Positions 36,001-43,133 of a DNA stretch of 64,000 nucleotides are shown piece after piece. Where the stretch lies: positions 5,401-69,400 of the forward strand of contig CAZXUK010000001.1 of NCBI GenBank assembly GCA_964644045.1, given 5' to 3'. This DNA is from an uncultured Gammaproteobacteria bacterium. Lineage in GTDB: Bacteria; Patescibacteriota; Patescibacteriia; Patescibacteriales; JAGXOH01. The first letter of the stretch is position 1. Each line of letters opens with the position of its first letter. A model generated the notes under the pieces. That model saw only the letters and a program-made list of their open reading frames with translations. It was not told where the DNA came from and made no database searches. The position numbers and the translations under genes were made by a program.

Positions 36001-36597
36001 ATGCCTTCTGAAGAAGAAAAAAAAGAATTAAAAAAAATAAAAGGCAAGATCCGGGGAGCGGCTCTGCTTACGGATATAAAATATATTAAAAAACACAAAC
36101 AAGAAAAAAAACAAAAAGAAATTTTTAAGGACTTAAAAAAAGACATCCCAGATTTTAATGCCAAAAAAATAAAAAACACTGAATGGTATCCGCTTTGGTG
36201 GAGAGTTCTGCTTTTAGTGATATTGAAAGAAAAATTTAAATGGAGCAACAAAGCCCTTTTTAAGATGGGTAGGGAAGCCCCTTTAAATTCTTTTATAGTA
36301 AAAATACTTCTGAGGTATTTTACTTCCCTGGAAAAAACTTGCCGCCAGGTTAATGCATATTGGAAGAAACATTATTCTCGAGGTCAAATGGAGGCCGGGG
36401 AATTTAATCAAGAAAAAAAATATGTGGTTTTTAGATTGAAAAATTTTAAAATCCATCCTCTCTTGTGTACTTATCTGAGAGGATATTTTAACGGTTTGGC
36501 CGATTTGACCATCGGAAGCGAAGAAGTAAATACCGAAGAAACCAAATGCTCTTTTGAAGGAGACCCTTATCATGAGTTTGTCATAAAATGGAAATAA
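36001..36597 (+). CDS. hypothetical protein, paralog 1 of a tandem pair (possible small-ligand sensor, V4R/DUF2378-like)
   Basis: Shares WYPLWW, HPL.C and ETKC.F.GDPYHEF...WK blocks with the next ORF. Confidence 0.5.
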   Translation: MPSEEEKKELKKIKGKIRGAALLTDIKYIKKHKQEKKQKEIFKDLKKDIPDFNAKKIKNTEWYPLWWRVLLLVILKEKFKWSNKALFKMGREAPLNSFIVKILLRYFTSLEKTCRQVNAYWKKHYSRGQMEAGEFNQEKKYVVFRLKNFKIHPLLCTYLRGYFNGLADLTIGSEEVNTEETKCSFEGDPYHEFVIKWK

Positions 36598-37175
36598 AAA
36601 AAATAAAAAAAACCAAAGGTAAAATAAAAGGACTTGTAATAAAAGGGATTTTAAACTACATAAAAACAGCAGAGTCAGAAAAGAATGTGGAAAAATTCCA
36701 AAAAGCTTTAAAAAAAGAGGGCTTAAAAGATGTTTTTGATAAAAAAATAAAAAGTTTTGAATGGTATCCTCTTTGGTGGTATGCGATTTTAATATTTAAA
36801 ACTCAAGAGATTTTGGGTTGGACCGAGGATGATGTTTTTCAAATGGGATACCAGGCGGCAAAACGCTCTTTAATGGCCAAAATATTTTTAAAATATTTTA
36901 TTGACATTAAAAAGGCGGCTCAAGGCGGGAAACAACATTGGAAACAAATAATATCAACGGGAGAATTAAAAATAAAAAAGACGGATCTTAAAAACAAAAA
37001 AATTGTCTTTAAACTGGAAAATTTTAATATTCATCCTTTGGTTTGCGCGGATATTAAGGGATACATGAAATCCATGGGGGAGTTTATAGTAGGTAAAAAA
37101 AATGTTAATATAAAAGAAACTAAATGCGTGTTTCAGGGCGATCCTTACCATGAGTTTGAGGTTGTCTGGAAATAA
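36588..37175 (+). CDS. hypothetical protein, paralog 2 of the tandem pair
   Basis: Aligns end to end with 36001-36597. Its start overlaps the preceding stop by 10 nt. Confidence 0.5.
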   Translation: MEIKKIKKTKGKIKGLVIKGILNYIKTAESEKNVEKFQKALKKEGLKDVFDKKIKSFEWYPLWWYAILIFKTQEILGWTEDDVFQMGYQAAKRSLMAKIFLKYFIDIKKAAQGGKQHWKQIISTGELKIKKTDLKNKKIVFKLENFNIHPLVCADIKGYMKSMGEFIVGKKNVNIKETKCVFQGDPYHEFEVVWK

Positions 37176-37192
37176 TTATTTAATTTATAAAC

Positions 37193-38788
37193 ATGAGAAA
37201 AGAAGAAAATTTTCTGATAGAAAACTTGCAAGAAGATTTAGAAAATTTAGAAAGATATATTGAAGAATATTCTCTTTTTCTTCCTTTGGCGGTATACTCG
37301 GTTAACCCCGTGGGCATAATAGTGGATGTCAATCAAGCGGGAAAAGACTTAAGTAATTATAAAGAAACAGAAATAGTGGGGCAAAATATAGAAACAATTT
37401 TTAAAAATAAAAAAAAAGTTAAAAACGCTTTTAAACAAACCCTAAAAAAGGGCAATGTCAAAAACAAAGAAGAAATTCTTTTAACTAAACAAAACAAAGA
37501 GGTCCCCGTAAGATTCTCCGCCTCTGTACGTCAAGATCAAAAAAGCAATATTATCGGATGTTTCGTCGCTCTTAACGATATTACGGAAATAAAAAAATTC
37601 CAAAATAAACTGGAGGACAAGGTTAAACAAAGAACCCGTGAGTTGGAAAAAACCAAAAACGAATTAGCTGAAACTTTAAAAGAAACCAAAGAAACTAAAG
37701 AAAAAGTGGAGGAAGAAAAAAACAAGACCTCTGCCATAATCTCCAATTTGGTTAACCCCATAATCATAATAGATTCCGAAAATAAAATAAACCTCTTCAA
37801 CCCTAAAGCAAAAGAGGTTTTGGGCTTTAAAAAATCCGATATTGGAAAAAAAATAGATAAAAAAGACAATTATTCCCTGGAAAATTTCAAAGATCTTATC
37901 AAAAAAGAACATAAAATAAAAAAAGGTAAAAATATGGACCCCCCGATACCGGAAGAAGAAGAACTAAACATTGAACACCAAGGAGAAACCTTGACTTACA
38001 AAATAGTTACCACTAAGGTTTATGATAAGAAAAACAAATATTTGGGAACCATGAAAACTTTTTCCGATCTCACCCGAGAAAAAAGAATCAACCGCTTAAA
38101 AACGGAGTTTGTCTCTATTGCCGCTCACCAGCTAAGAACCCCTTTGTCAGCTATAAAATGGGCTTTAAAAATGATCTTGGACGGAGATACAGGCACGATA
38201 AACAAAGACCAAAGAGAGATCCTGACCAAGGGCTTTGAAAGCAATGAAAGGATGATAAAATTGGTTAATGACATGCTCAATGTCTCCCGGATAGAAGAAG
38301 GGCGACTACAATATTCTTTTGAAAAAACCAACTTTAAGGAAGTCTATGAAACCGTAGTAAACAATATAAAAAACAAATTAGAGAAAAAAAATATAAAATT
38401 CAACATTAAAAAACCGCAAAAAATGCCTTCGGTTTATATGGATGATGAAAAAATTAGATTAGTTATACAAAATTTATTGGAAAATGCGGTTAAATATACT
38501 CCGGTAAACGGAACTATAACCCTGGAAATAAAAAAATTAAAAAGAAAAATAAAAGTCAGAGTAAAAGATAACGGAGTGGGCATTCCCAAAAAAGACCAAG
38601 AAAAATTATTTTCCAAATTTTTCCGAGGAGAAAATGTAAAAAAAATGCAAACTAGCGGAACCGGATTGGGGCTTTTTATAGCCAATAATATAATTAAAAA
38701 ACACGGCGGAGAAATACATTTTAAAAGCCAAGAGGGAAGAGGGACCGAATTTTACTTTTATCTTCCCCTTAATAAAAATAACAATTAA
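37193..38788 (+). CDS. PAS-domain sensor histidine kinase (cytoplasmic)
   Basis: Two PAS-like regions, a coiled coil, HisKA (SIAAHQLRTPLSAI) and HATPase (DNGVGIP, GTGLGL). Confidence 0.85.
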   Translation: MRKEENFLIENLQEDLENLERYIEEYSLFLPLAVYSVNPVGIIVDVNQAGKDLSNYKETEIVGQNIETIFKNKKKVKNAFKQTLKKGNVKNKEEILLTKQNKEVPVRFSASVRQDQKSNIIGCFVALNDITEIKKFQNKLEDKVKQRTRELEKTKNELAETLKETKETKEKVEEEKNKTSAIISNLVNPIIIIDSENKINLFNPKAKEVLGFKKSDIGKKIDKKDNYSLENFKDLIKKEHKIKKGKNMDPPIPEEEELNIEHQGETLTYKIVTTKVYDKKNKYLGTMKTFSDLTREKRINRLKTEFVSIAAHQLRTPLSAIKWALKMILDGDTGTINKDQREILTKGFESNERMIKLVNDMLNVSRIEEGRLQYSFEKTNFKEVYETVVNNIKNKLEKKNIKFNIKKPQKMPSVYMDDEKIRLVIQNLLENAVKYTPVNGTITLEIKKLKRKIKVRVKDNGVGIPKKDQEKLFSKFFRGENVKKMQTSGTGLGLFIANNIIKKHGGEIHFKSQEGRGTEFYFYLPLNKNNN

Positions 38789-38800
38789 CTTTACAAAAAT

Positions 38801-39637
38801 ATGACAAACAAAAAAGAAACCAAGAAATCCGAAACTAAAATTTTAATAGTGGAAGATGAAAGACCTCTGGCCGATCTTTTGGCCTCCAAATTAAAAAAGG
38901 AGGGGTACGAAGTGGATAATGCTTTTGACGGAGAAGAGGGTTATGAAAAAATAAAAAAGTGGGATCCCGATTTGATTCTTCTGGATATTATTATGCCCAA
39001 AATGGACGGATACGAGGTAATGGAAAAGATTAATGAGGAAAAAAAAGAAATTCCCGTGATCGTAATATCCAATTCCGGGCAACCGGTGGAAATTGAAAAA
39101 ACCAAAAAACTGGGGGCGGTTGATCACCTTATTAAAACCGAATTCAGCCCCACTGATGTTTTAGATAAAGTAAATAATTATCTAAACAATGGCAAGTCAG
39201 AGAAAAAAGATAAAAAAACAAAAAACAAAACCGAACCCAAGGAAGATAACGGTGCGGAAAAAATGGGAATAAATGTTTTATTAGTGGAAGACGAGTCTTT
39301 TTTAAGGAATATGTGCAGCAAACAATTAACTAAGGGCGGTTTTTCGGTTTATGAAGCCAAAAACGGAGAAGAGGCCTTGGATATATTTGAAGAAAGCAAA
39401 ATAGATATAATTCTCCTGGACATAATACTCCCCTCCATAGACGGATTTCAGATCCTTAAAAAAATAAGGAATCACAAAAATAAAGACAAATCCAAAATTC
39501 CGATCATAATGCTTTCCAATTTAGGACAAGACAGCGATATTAAAAAGGCCAAAGATATGGGAGCTGATGACTTTATGGTCAAAGCCAATTTTACTAGCAA
39601 AGAAATTGCCGAAAAAATCAAAAAATATTTTAAATAA
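38801..39637 (+). CDS. response regulator with two receiver domains and no output domain
   Basis: ILIVEDE...DIIMPKMDG...K and VLLVEDE...DIILPSIDG...K, separated by a Lys-rich linker. Confidence 0.85.
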   Translation: MTNKKETKKSETKILIVEDERPLADLLASKLKKEGYEVDNAFDGEEGYEKIKKWDPDLILLDIIMPKMDGYEVMEKINEEKKEIPVIVISNSGQPVEIEKTKKLGAVDHLIKTEFSPTDVLDKVNNYLNNGKSEKKDKKTKNKTEPKEDNGAEKMGINVLLVEDESFLRNMCSKQLTKGGFSVYEAKNGEEALDIFEESKIDIILLDIILPSIDGFQILKKIRNHKNKDKSKIPIIMLSNLGQDSDIKKAKDMGADDFMVKANFTSKEIAEKIKKYFK

Positions 39638-39651
39638 AATTTTTAAAAATC

Positions 39652-39861
39652 CTAAGCTTTTTTTCTTAAAGAAGCGGCCACTACCAGCATATAGATACCA
39701 GACAAGCCTACTAAGCCGTAAACCACCCTGGATAAAGCGCTCATTTCTCCAAAAATAGTAGCAACTAAATCAAAATCAAAAGCCGCTACCAAGCCCCAAT
39801 TCAAGGCCCCAACGATGACTAAAATTAGGCAAACCCAATCTAAAATTTTTAATTTATTAAT
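39652..39861 (-). CDS. DUF378 family small membrane protein, apparently with a non-canonical (ATT) start
   Basis: My translation gives INKLKILDWVCLILVIVGALNWGLVAAFDFDLVATIFGEMSALSRVVYGLVGLSGIYMLVVAASLRKKA. GALNWGLV...FDLV is the DUF378 signature. The frame has no ATG, GTG or TTG after the upstream stop. AAAGGGGGTGA lies 6 nt before the ATT. Confidence 0.6.
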   Translation of the reverse strand: MNKLKILDWVCLILVIVGALNWGLVAAFDFDLVATIFGEMSALSRVVYGLVGLSGIYMLVVAASLRKKA

Positions 39862-39937
39862 ATATACTCACCCCCTTTCTGTTAAAGATTATATTATCTT
39901 CTTTACTCTAATAATAGAATAAAAAATTAAAAAAAAC

Positions 39938-40061
39938 AATAACGTTAGGAATAAAAGAAGTCGCGAAGCGATTTGGGAAAATTGCGACCTGCCCGCCAAT
40001 CGCTGCGCTCAAGGCGCTGGCAGGCGGGGCCGAGCAATTTTCCTTTTATCCCTTGTTATAC
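39938..40061. repeat. attC-like GC-rich imperfect palindrome (element A)
   Basis: ATAAC...GTTATAC outer pair, AGGAATAAAAG/CTTTTATCCCT and GGGAAAATTGC/GCAATTTTCC inner pairs, unpaired extra segment on the left arm. Confidence 0.45.
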
Positions 40062-40163
40062 GCCCCGAACGAAACGAAGTGTAGTGAGAGCGCAGCGTGG
40101 TCGAGCGATAGCGAGAATGCAACGTGCCGACGAACGAAGTGAAGAGAGTTGAGAAAACGCCCG

Positions 40164-40496
40164 TTAAACTAATTTGATTCTTATTCCAAGAACACTATAC
40201 TTTTGTTCGTCTTCTTTAGAATAAATACTATAAATTGATTCAGCGAAAGCCCGTTTATCATGATCATCGGGATAACCAAAATAACTCATTGGAAAATCAT
40301 TAACTAAATCTTGAAAAGATTTGTATCTTAAAAGACCGATGACTTCAACAGACAATTCATCATTTAAGTCGGGCAACTTTGAAAAAGTAATTATATCTCC
40401 AAGATTAAGACTTTGTCTTTTTTCATCAAAAAGTCTTATTTCAATTCTCTTTTTGCCCGACTTAATTCTATCAAATGGGCTTTCGTACAATTTCAT
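40164..40496 (-). CDS. ASCH domain protein
   Basis: MKLYESPFDRIKSGKKRIEIRLFDEKR... is typical of ASCH. The ORF is open to 40523, but that stretch is part of an inverted repeat. Confidence 0.7.
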   Translation of the reverse strand: MKLYESPFDRIKSGKKRIEIRLFDEKRQSLNLGDIITFSKLPDLNDELSVEVIGLLRYKSFQDLVNDFPMSYFGYPDDHDKRAFAESIYSIYSKEDEQKYSVLGIRIKLV

Positions 40497-40574
40497 TTGG
40501 TGTTCCATAAAGATAAGAATCAAACTAATATTCTTAAAAATTACTATTCGTAGGGCGTTTTCTCAATTTCATTT

Positions 40575-40731
40575 AATGTGTGCGCTTGATCTGATGTTTC
40601 TTGGAGCAAATCCCGATAGGGTTTGCGGAAAGAAATTTCAGATAAGCAGCTGTTATGCGACAGTTTTCTGCGCTGAGCGTTAGCGAGGCCAGAAAATTGG
40701 CGCATGGCAGTTGCTGGTAAGCGCACACATT
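40575..40731. repeat. 157-bp GC-rich compound palindrome (element C), no ORF
   Basis: Perfect 13-bp termini AATGTGTGCGCTT / AAGCGCACACATT. Two internal sub-hairpins (CTGATGTTTCTT..AAGAAATTTCAG and ATGCGACAGTTTTCTG..CAGAAAATTGGCGCAT). Confidence 0.7.
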
Positions 40732-40790
40732 ATACAAAATTTGATGGGGCCGTGAGCGGAGGCGAACGGTCGCAGCAAATTTTGTATAAC
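40731..40790. repeat. 60-bp palindrome (element D)
   Basis: TATACAAAATTTG / CAAATTTTGTATA perfect 13-bp arms around a GC-rich 32-nt loop. Confidence 0.7.
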
Positions 40791-40881
40791 GTTTGTGATA
40801 ACCGAAGTTCGTTTGACCGAAGGGAAAACGAATTTGGGAAAATGCCGAGCTGAGGCATTTTCCGGTTATCACTTGTTAGAT
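40784..40881. repeat. attC-like palindrome (element E), related to element A
   Basis: GTATAAC ... GTTAGAT (fits RYYYAAC/GTTRRRY apart from one base). GTGATAACCG/CGGTTATCAC and GGGAAAATGCC/GGCATTTTCC pairs. A ~30-nt extrahelical segment sits on the left arm. Confidence 0.5.
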
Positions 40882-40885
40882 GAGG

Positions 40886-40931
40886 GTCTGGTCTGCCTTC
40901 ATTATTATAATTAACAAATAGGCAGACCAGA
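40886..40931. repeat. hairpin TCTGGTCTGCCT / AGGCAGACCAGA downstream of the ParB-like gene
   Basis: 12-bp perfect inverted repeat with a 22-nt AT-rich loop. Confidence 0.6.
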
Positions 40932-40963
40932 AGCGCAGCGTCCCCTTGAGTTTTGTTCAATAA

Positions 40964-41644
40964 TTACTTTTTTGTTTCTTTGATTACTTTTTTAATGATT
41001 TCTTGCACTTCGTCGTCGGCAACATACGTGGAATTAAATCTGTTTTTAAGAAGCTCTATAACGTTTTCATAAGTACGAGCTAACAATTTTAATGCGTAGT
41101 ATAGCTCTGTTTTTCCATTAATATCCTTGGCATGTCGCTGAAAACCTCGGATTAAATCGTAGACGGTGTGAGGCTCGCAAACGGGAAGATGTTTGTCTTC
41201 GTTAATCGGCACGTAAGCCATTACAGTTTTTCGTTTTTCAGCAACTGCACCGACAAATCTGTGCATTCCATCAAAGACTCGATAAAATCCTTTTTCATCA
41301 GGGCCACGCATTAAAATTGGTTCATTCCCGAAAGACGCTTCATGAGTAAATCTTTTCTTGATTTCCTCGTCTTGTTCGATAAGTTTTAGGAATTTATCAA
41401 CCGAACGTTCGCATTTATCTATCAGAACATTGTTCCAATCAGGAGTTGTTCCAGTAAAGAGAACTTGGTTTATCGGCACCTCTGTTTTCTGGTACTTAAT
41501 ATTGGGATTAGCTAAAAAGTCGCCAATCCAGTTAAGACGAATTCCGGCATTAACCAAAATGCGTTTTCTTGGATCAAGAAAAGATTTACTCTTCTCGTCC
41601 TCGTGGTCAGCAAGCCCTTCTATGTATTTTTCAAAATCATTCAT
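40964..41644 (-). CDS. ParB N-terminal domain (ParB/Srx/DndB-like, DGxHR) protein, putative nuclease or NTPase
   Basis: EPILMRGPDEKGFYRVFDGMHRFVGAV matches the ParB-like nuclease core. The ATG at 41644 follows AAGGAGGAAAAATAAA. The ORF is open to 41695. Confidence 0.65.
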   Translation of the reverse strand: MNDFEKYIEGLADHEDEKSKSFLDPRKRILVNAGIRLNWIGDFLANPNIKYQKTEVPINQVLFTGTTPDWNNVLIDKCERSVDKFLKLIEQDEEIKKRFTHEASFGNEPILMRGPDEKGFYRVFDGMHRFVGAVAEKRKTVMAYVPINEDKHLPVCEPHTVYDLIRGFQRHAKDINGKTELYYALKLLARTYENVIELLKNRFNSTYVADDEVQEIIKKVIKETKK

Positions 41645-41931
41645 TTTATTTTTCCTCCTTAATATATAAAAAGTAATTATTGAACAAAATTTCATCTAAC
41701 TGGTTGTTATACGAACTTTTTGCAGATAAGTAGCAAAAATTTAATGGTTATCTGTATAAATAATAAAAAACTGTAAATTTCTTAACCTTTTAAATTGTAA
41801 AAGTTTTTTTGTTTTTATGCAAATAATTTTAGCTAAAATTGAAAAAATGTTTAGTTAATGTTTTATGGCGTTATAACCAAAATACTCCTAATTTTAATAA
41901 ATTAGGAGCATTTTATTCTCTACTTCCTATG

Positions 41932-42004
41932 GGTGGCTACCGGGAGTCGAACCCGGATCGCCGGTGCCACAAACCGGAGTTCTAACCATTGAACCATAGC
42001 CACC
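41932..42004 (-). tRNA. tRNA-His(GUG)
   Basis: Reverse strand: G(-1)-GTGGCTA...CCGGT-TTGTGGC-ACCGG...CGGGTTCGACTCCCG...TAGCCAC-C. Confidence 0.85.
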
Positions 42005-42016
42005 ATAATTACCTCA

Positions 42017-42202
42017 AGCGCACTCGGCAGGATTCGCCCCGCATTCGCAGGGCTATCTCTTAAAATATTTGATTCTTGCGCTTTATTCAAACTAATTTCT
42101 CGAACAAATAGCGCACTCGGCAGGATTCGCCCCGCATTCGCAGGGCTATCTCTTAAAATATTTGATTCTTGCGCTTTATTCAAACTAATTTCTCGAACAA
42201 AT
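42017..42202. repeat. two 93-bp tandem units, each ending (in tRNA orientation) with a copy of the last ~20 nt of tRNA-Arg
   Basis: AGCGCACTCGGCAGGATTCG occurs at 42017, 42110 and 42203. The two units appear identical by eye. Confidence 0.85.
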
Positions 42203-42204
42203 AG

Positions 42205-42278
42205 CGCACTCGGCAGGATTCGAACCTGCGACCTACGGCTTAGAAGGCCGTTGCTCTGTCCGACTGAGCTACGAGTGC
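42205..42278 (-). tRNA. tRNA-Arg(UCU)
   Basis: Reverse strand: GCACTCG-TA-GCTC-AGTCGGACA-GAGC-A-ACGGC-CTTCTAA-GCCGT-AGGTC-GCAGG-TTCGAAT-CCTGC-CGAGTGC-G. Confidence 0.85.
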
Positions 42279-42358
42279 TTTAATAAAAAAACACCGTTTC
42301 AGGTGATTGCTTGTCTGCTTCGCGAATATTTTAAAATTACCAAAATTATACCTAAAAG

Positions 42359-42955
42359 TCAACTTGTTTTCTCTAAAAAACTCCTTAGTTCTTTAAACGC
42401 CCAGCCCCGATGACTCAAACTGTTTTTCTCTTTCTCGGACATTTCAGCAAAAGTTTTGCTAAACCCTTGGGGAATAAAAATAGCGTCATAAGGAAGGCCG
42501 GGCCTGGGCCGGCCTTGAGAGGACAAGGAAATAATTCCGTCAATCCTGCCTTTAAATGTCCAATGCTCTCCTTGGGGAGAAACCAAAACAGCCGCGCTTT
42601 CAAAATAAGCTTGCCTCGCACCCTCGGGAATATTTTTCATTTTTTCCAAAGTAAAAGAGGCCAAATCTTTGTCCGGACCGGCCCAACGAGCGGACTTAAC
42701 TCCCGGATCCCCTCCCAGGGCTTTAATACAAATACCACTATCGTCGGAAACCGCCCATTCCTTAAGTTTTCCGGCCGCAAAACTGGCCTTTTTATAAGCG
42801 TTACCCATAAAGGTATTTCTGTCTTCTTCCACCTCCTCGGTTATTCCCATCTCTCCGGCACTTAAAATCTCCAATCCCAAATCAGAAAGCATAGCTTTCA
42901 TTTCCTTGATTTTTCCCCGGTTATTACTGGCAAAAACTATTTTTTTTATATTCAT
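42359..42955 (-). CDS. rdgB: RdgB/HAM1 family non-canonical purine NTP pyrophosphatase
   Basis: VFASNNRGKIKE, DDSG, F.PQGF..TFAEM...K...SHRG. Confidence 0.9.
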   Translation of the reverse strand: MNIKKIVFASNNRGKIKEMKAMLSDLGLEILSAGEMGITEEVEEDRNTFMGNAYKKASFAAGKLKEWAVSDDSGICIKALGGDPGVKSARWAGPDKDLASFTLEKMKNIPEGARQAYFESAAVLVSPQGEHWTFKGRIDGIISLSSQGRPRPGLPYDAIFIPQGFSKTFAEMSEKEKNSLSHRGWAFKELRSFLEKTS

Positions 42956-43133
42956 AATTACAAACTCACAAATTACACGAATTTTATCATCGGCCTTGCC
43001 GATTAAGCGAACAAATTTACGAACAACCCCGCCTAAGCCCCTCTTTAAAAAGCTTAAAAAAAGCTAAAGAAATTTTACAATCAAACAACAAAACAAGGCA
43101 ACAATTTAACAACATATTTTTCCGATTTGTAAT

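Noticed and set aside
40321-40960. ORFs 40321-40683(+), 40544-40726(-), 40573-40872(-) and 40730-40960(-)
   Set aside because: They are mutually overlapping, span palindromic GC-rich elements or antisense ASCH sequence, and have no RBS or recognisable domains.
41920-42183. 87-aa ORF on the reverse strand
   Set aside because: It runs through tRNA-His and the two 93-bp repeats. Its internal peptide repeat simply mirrors the DNA repeat.
39900-42300. Prophage or integrative element with a recombinase
   Set aside because: No integrase, transposase, capsid or replication gene is present in or next to the islet. Only att-like repeats and two small cargo genes are visible.
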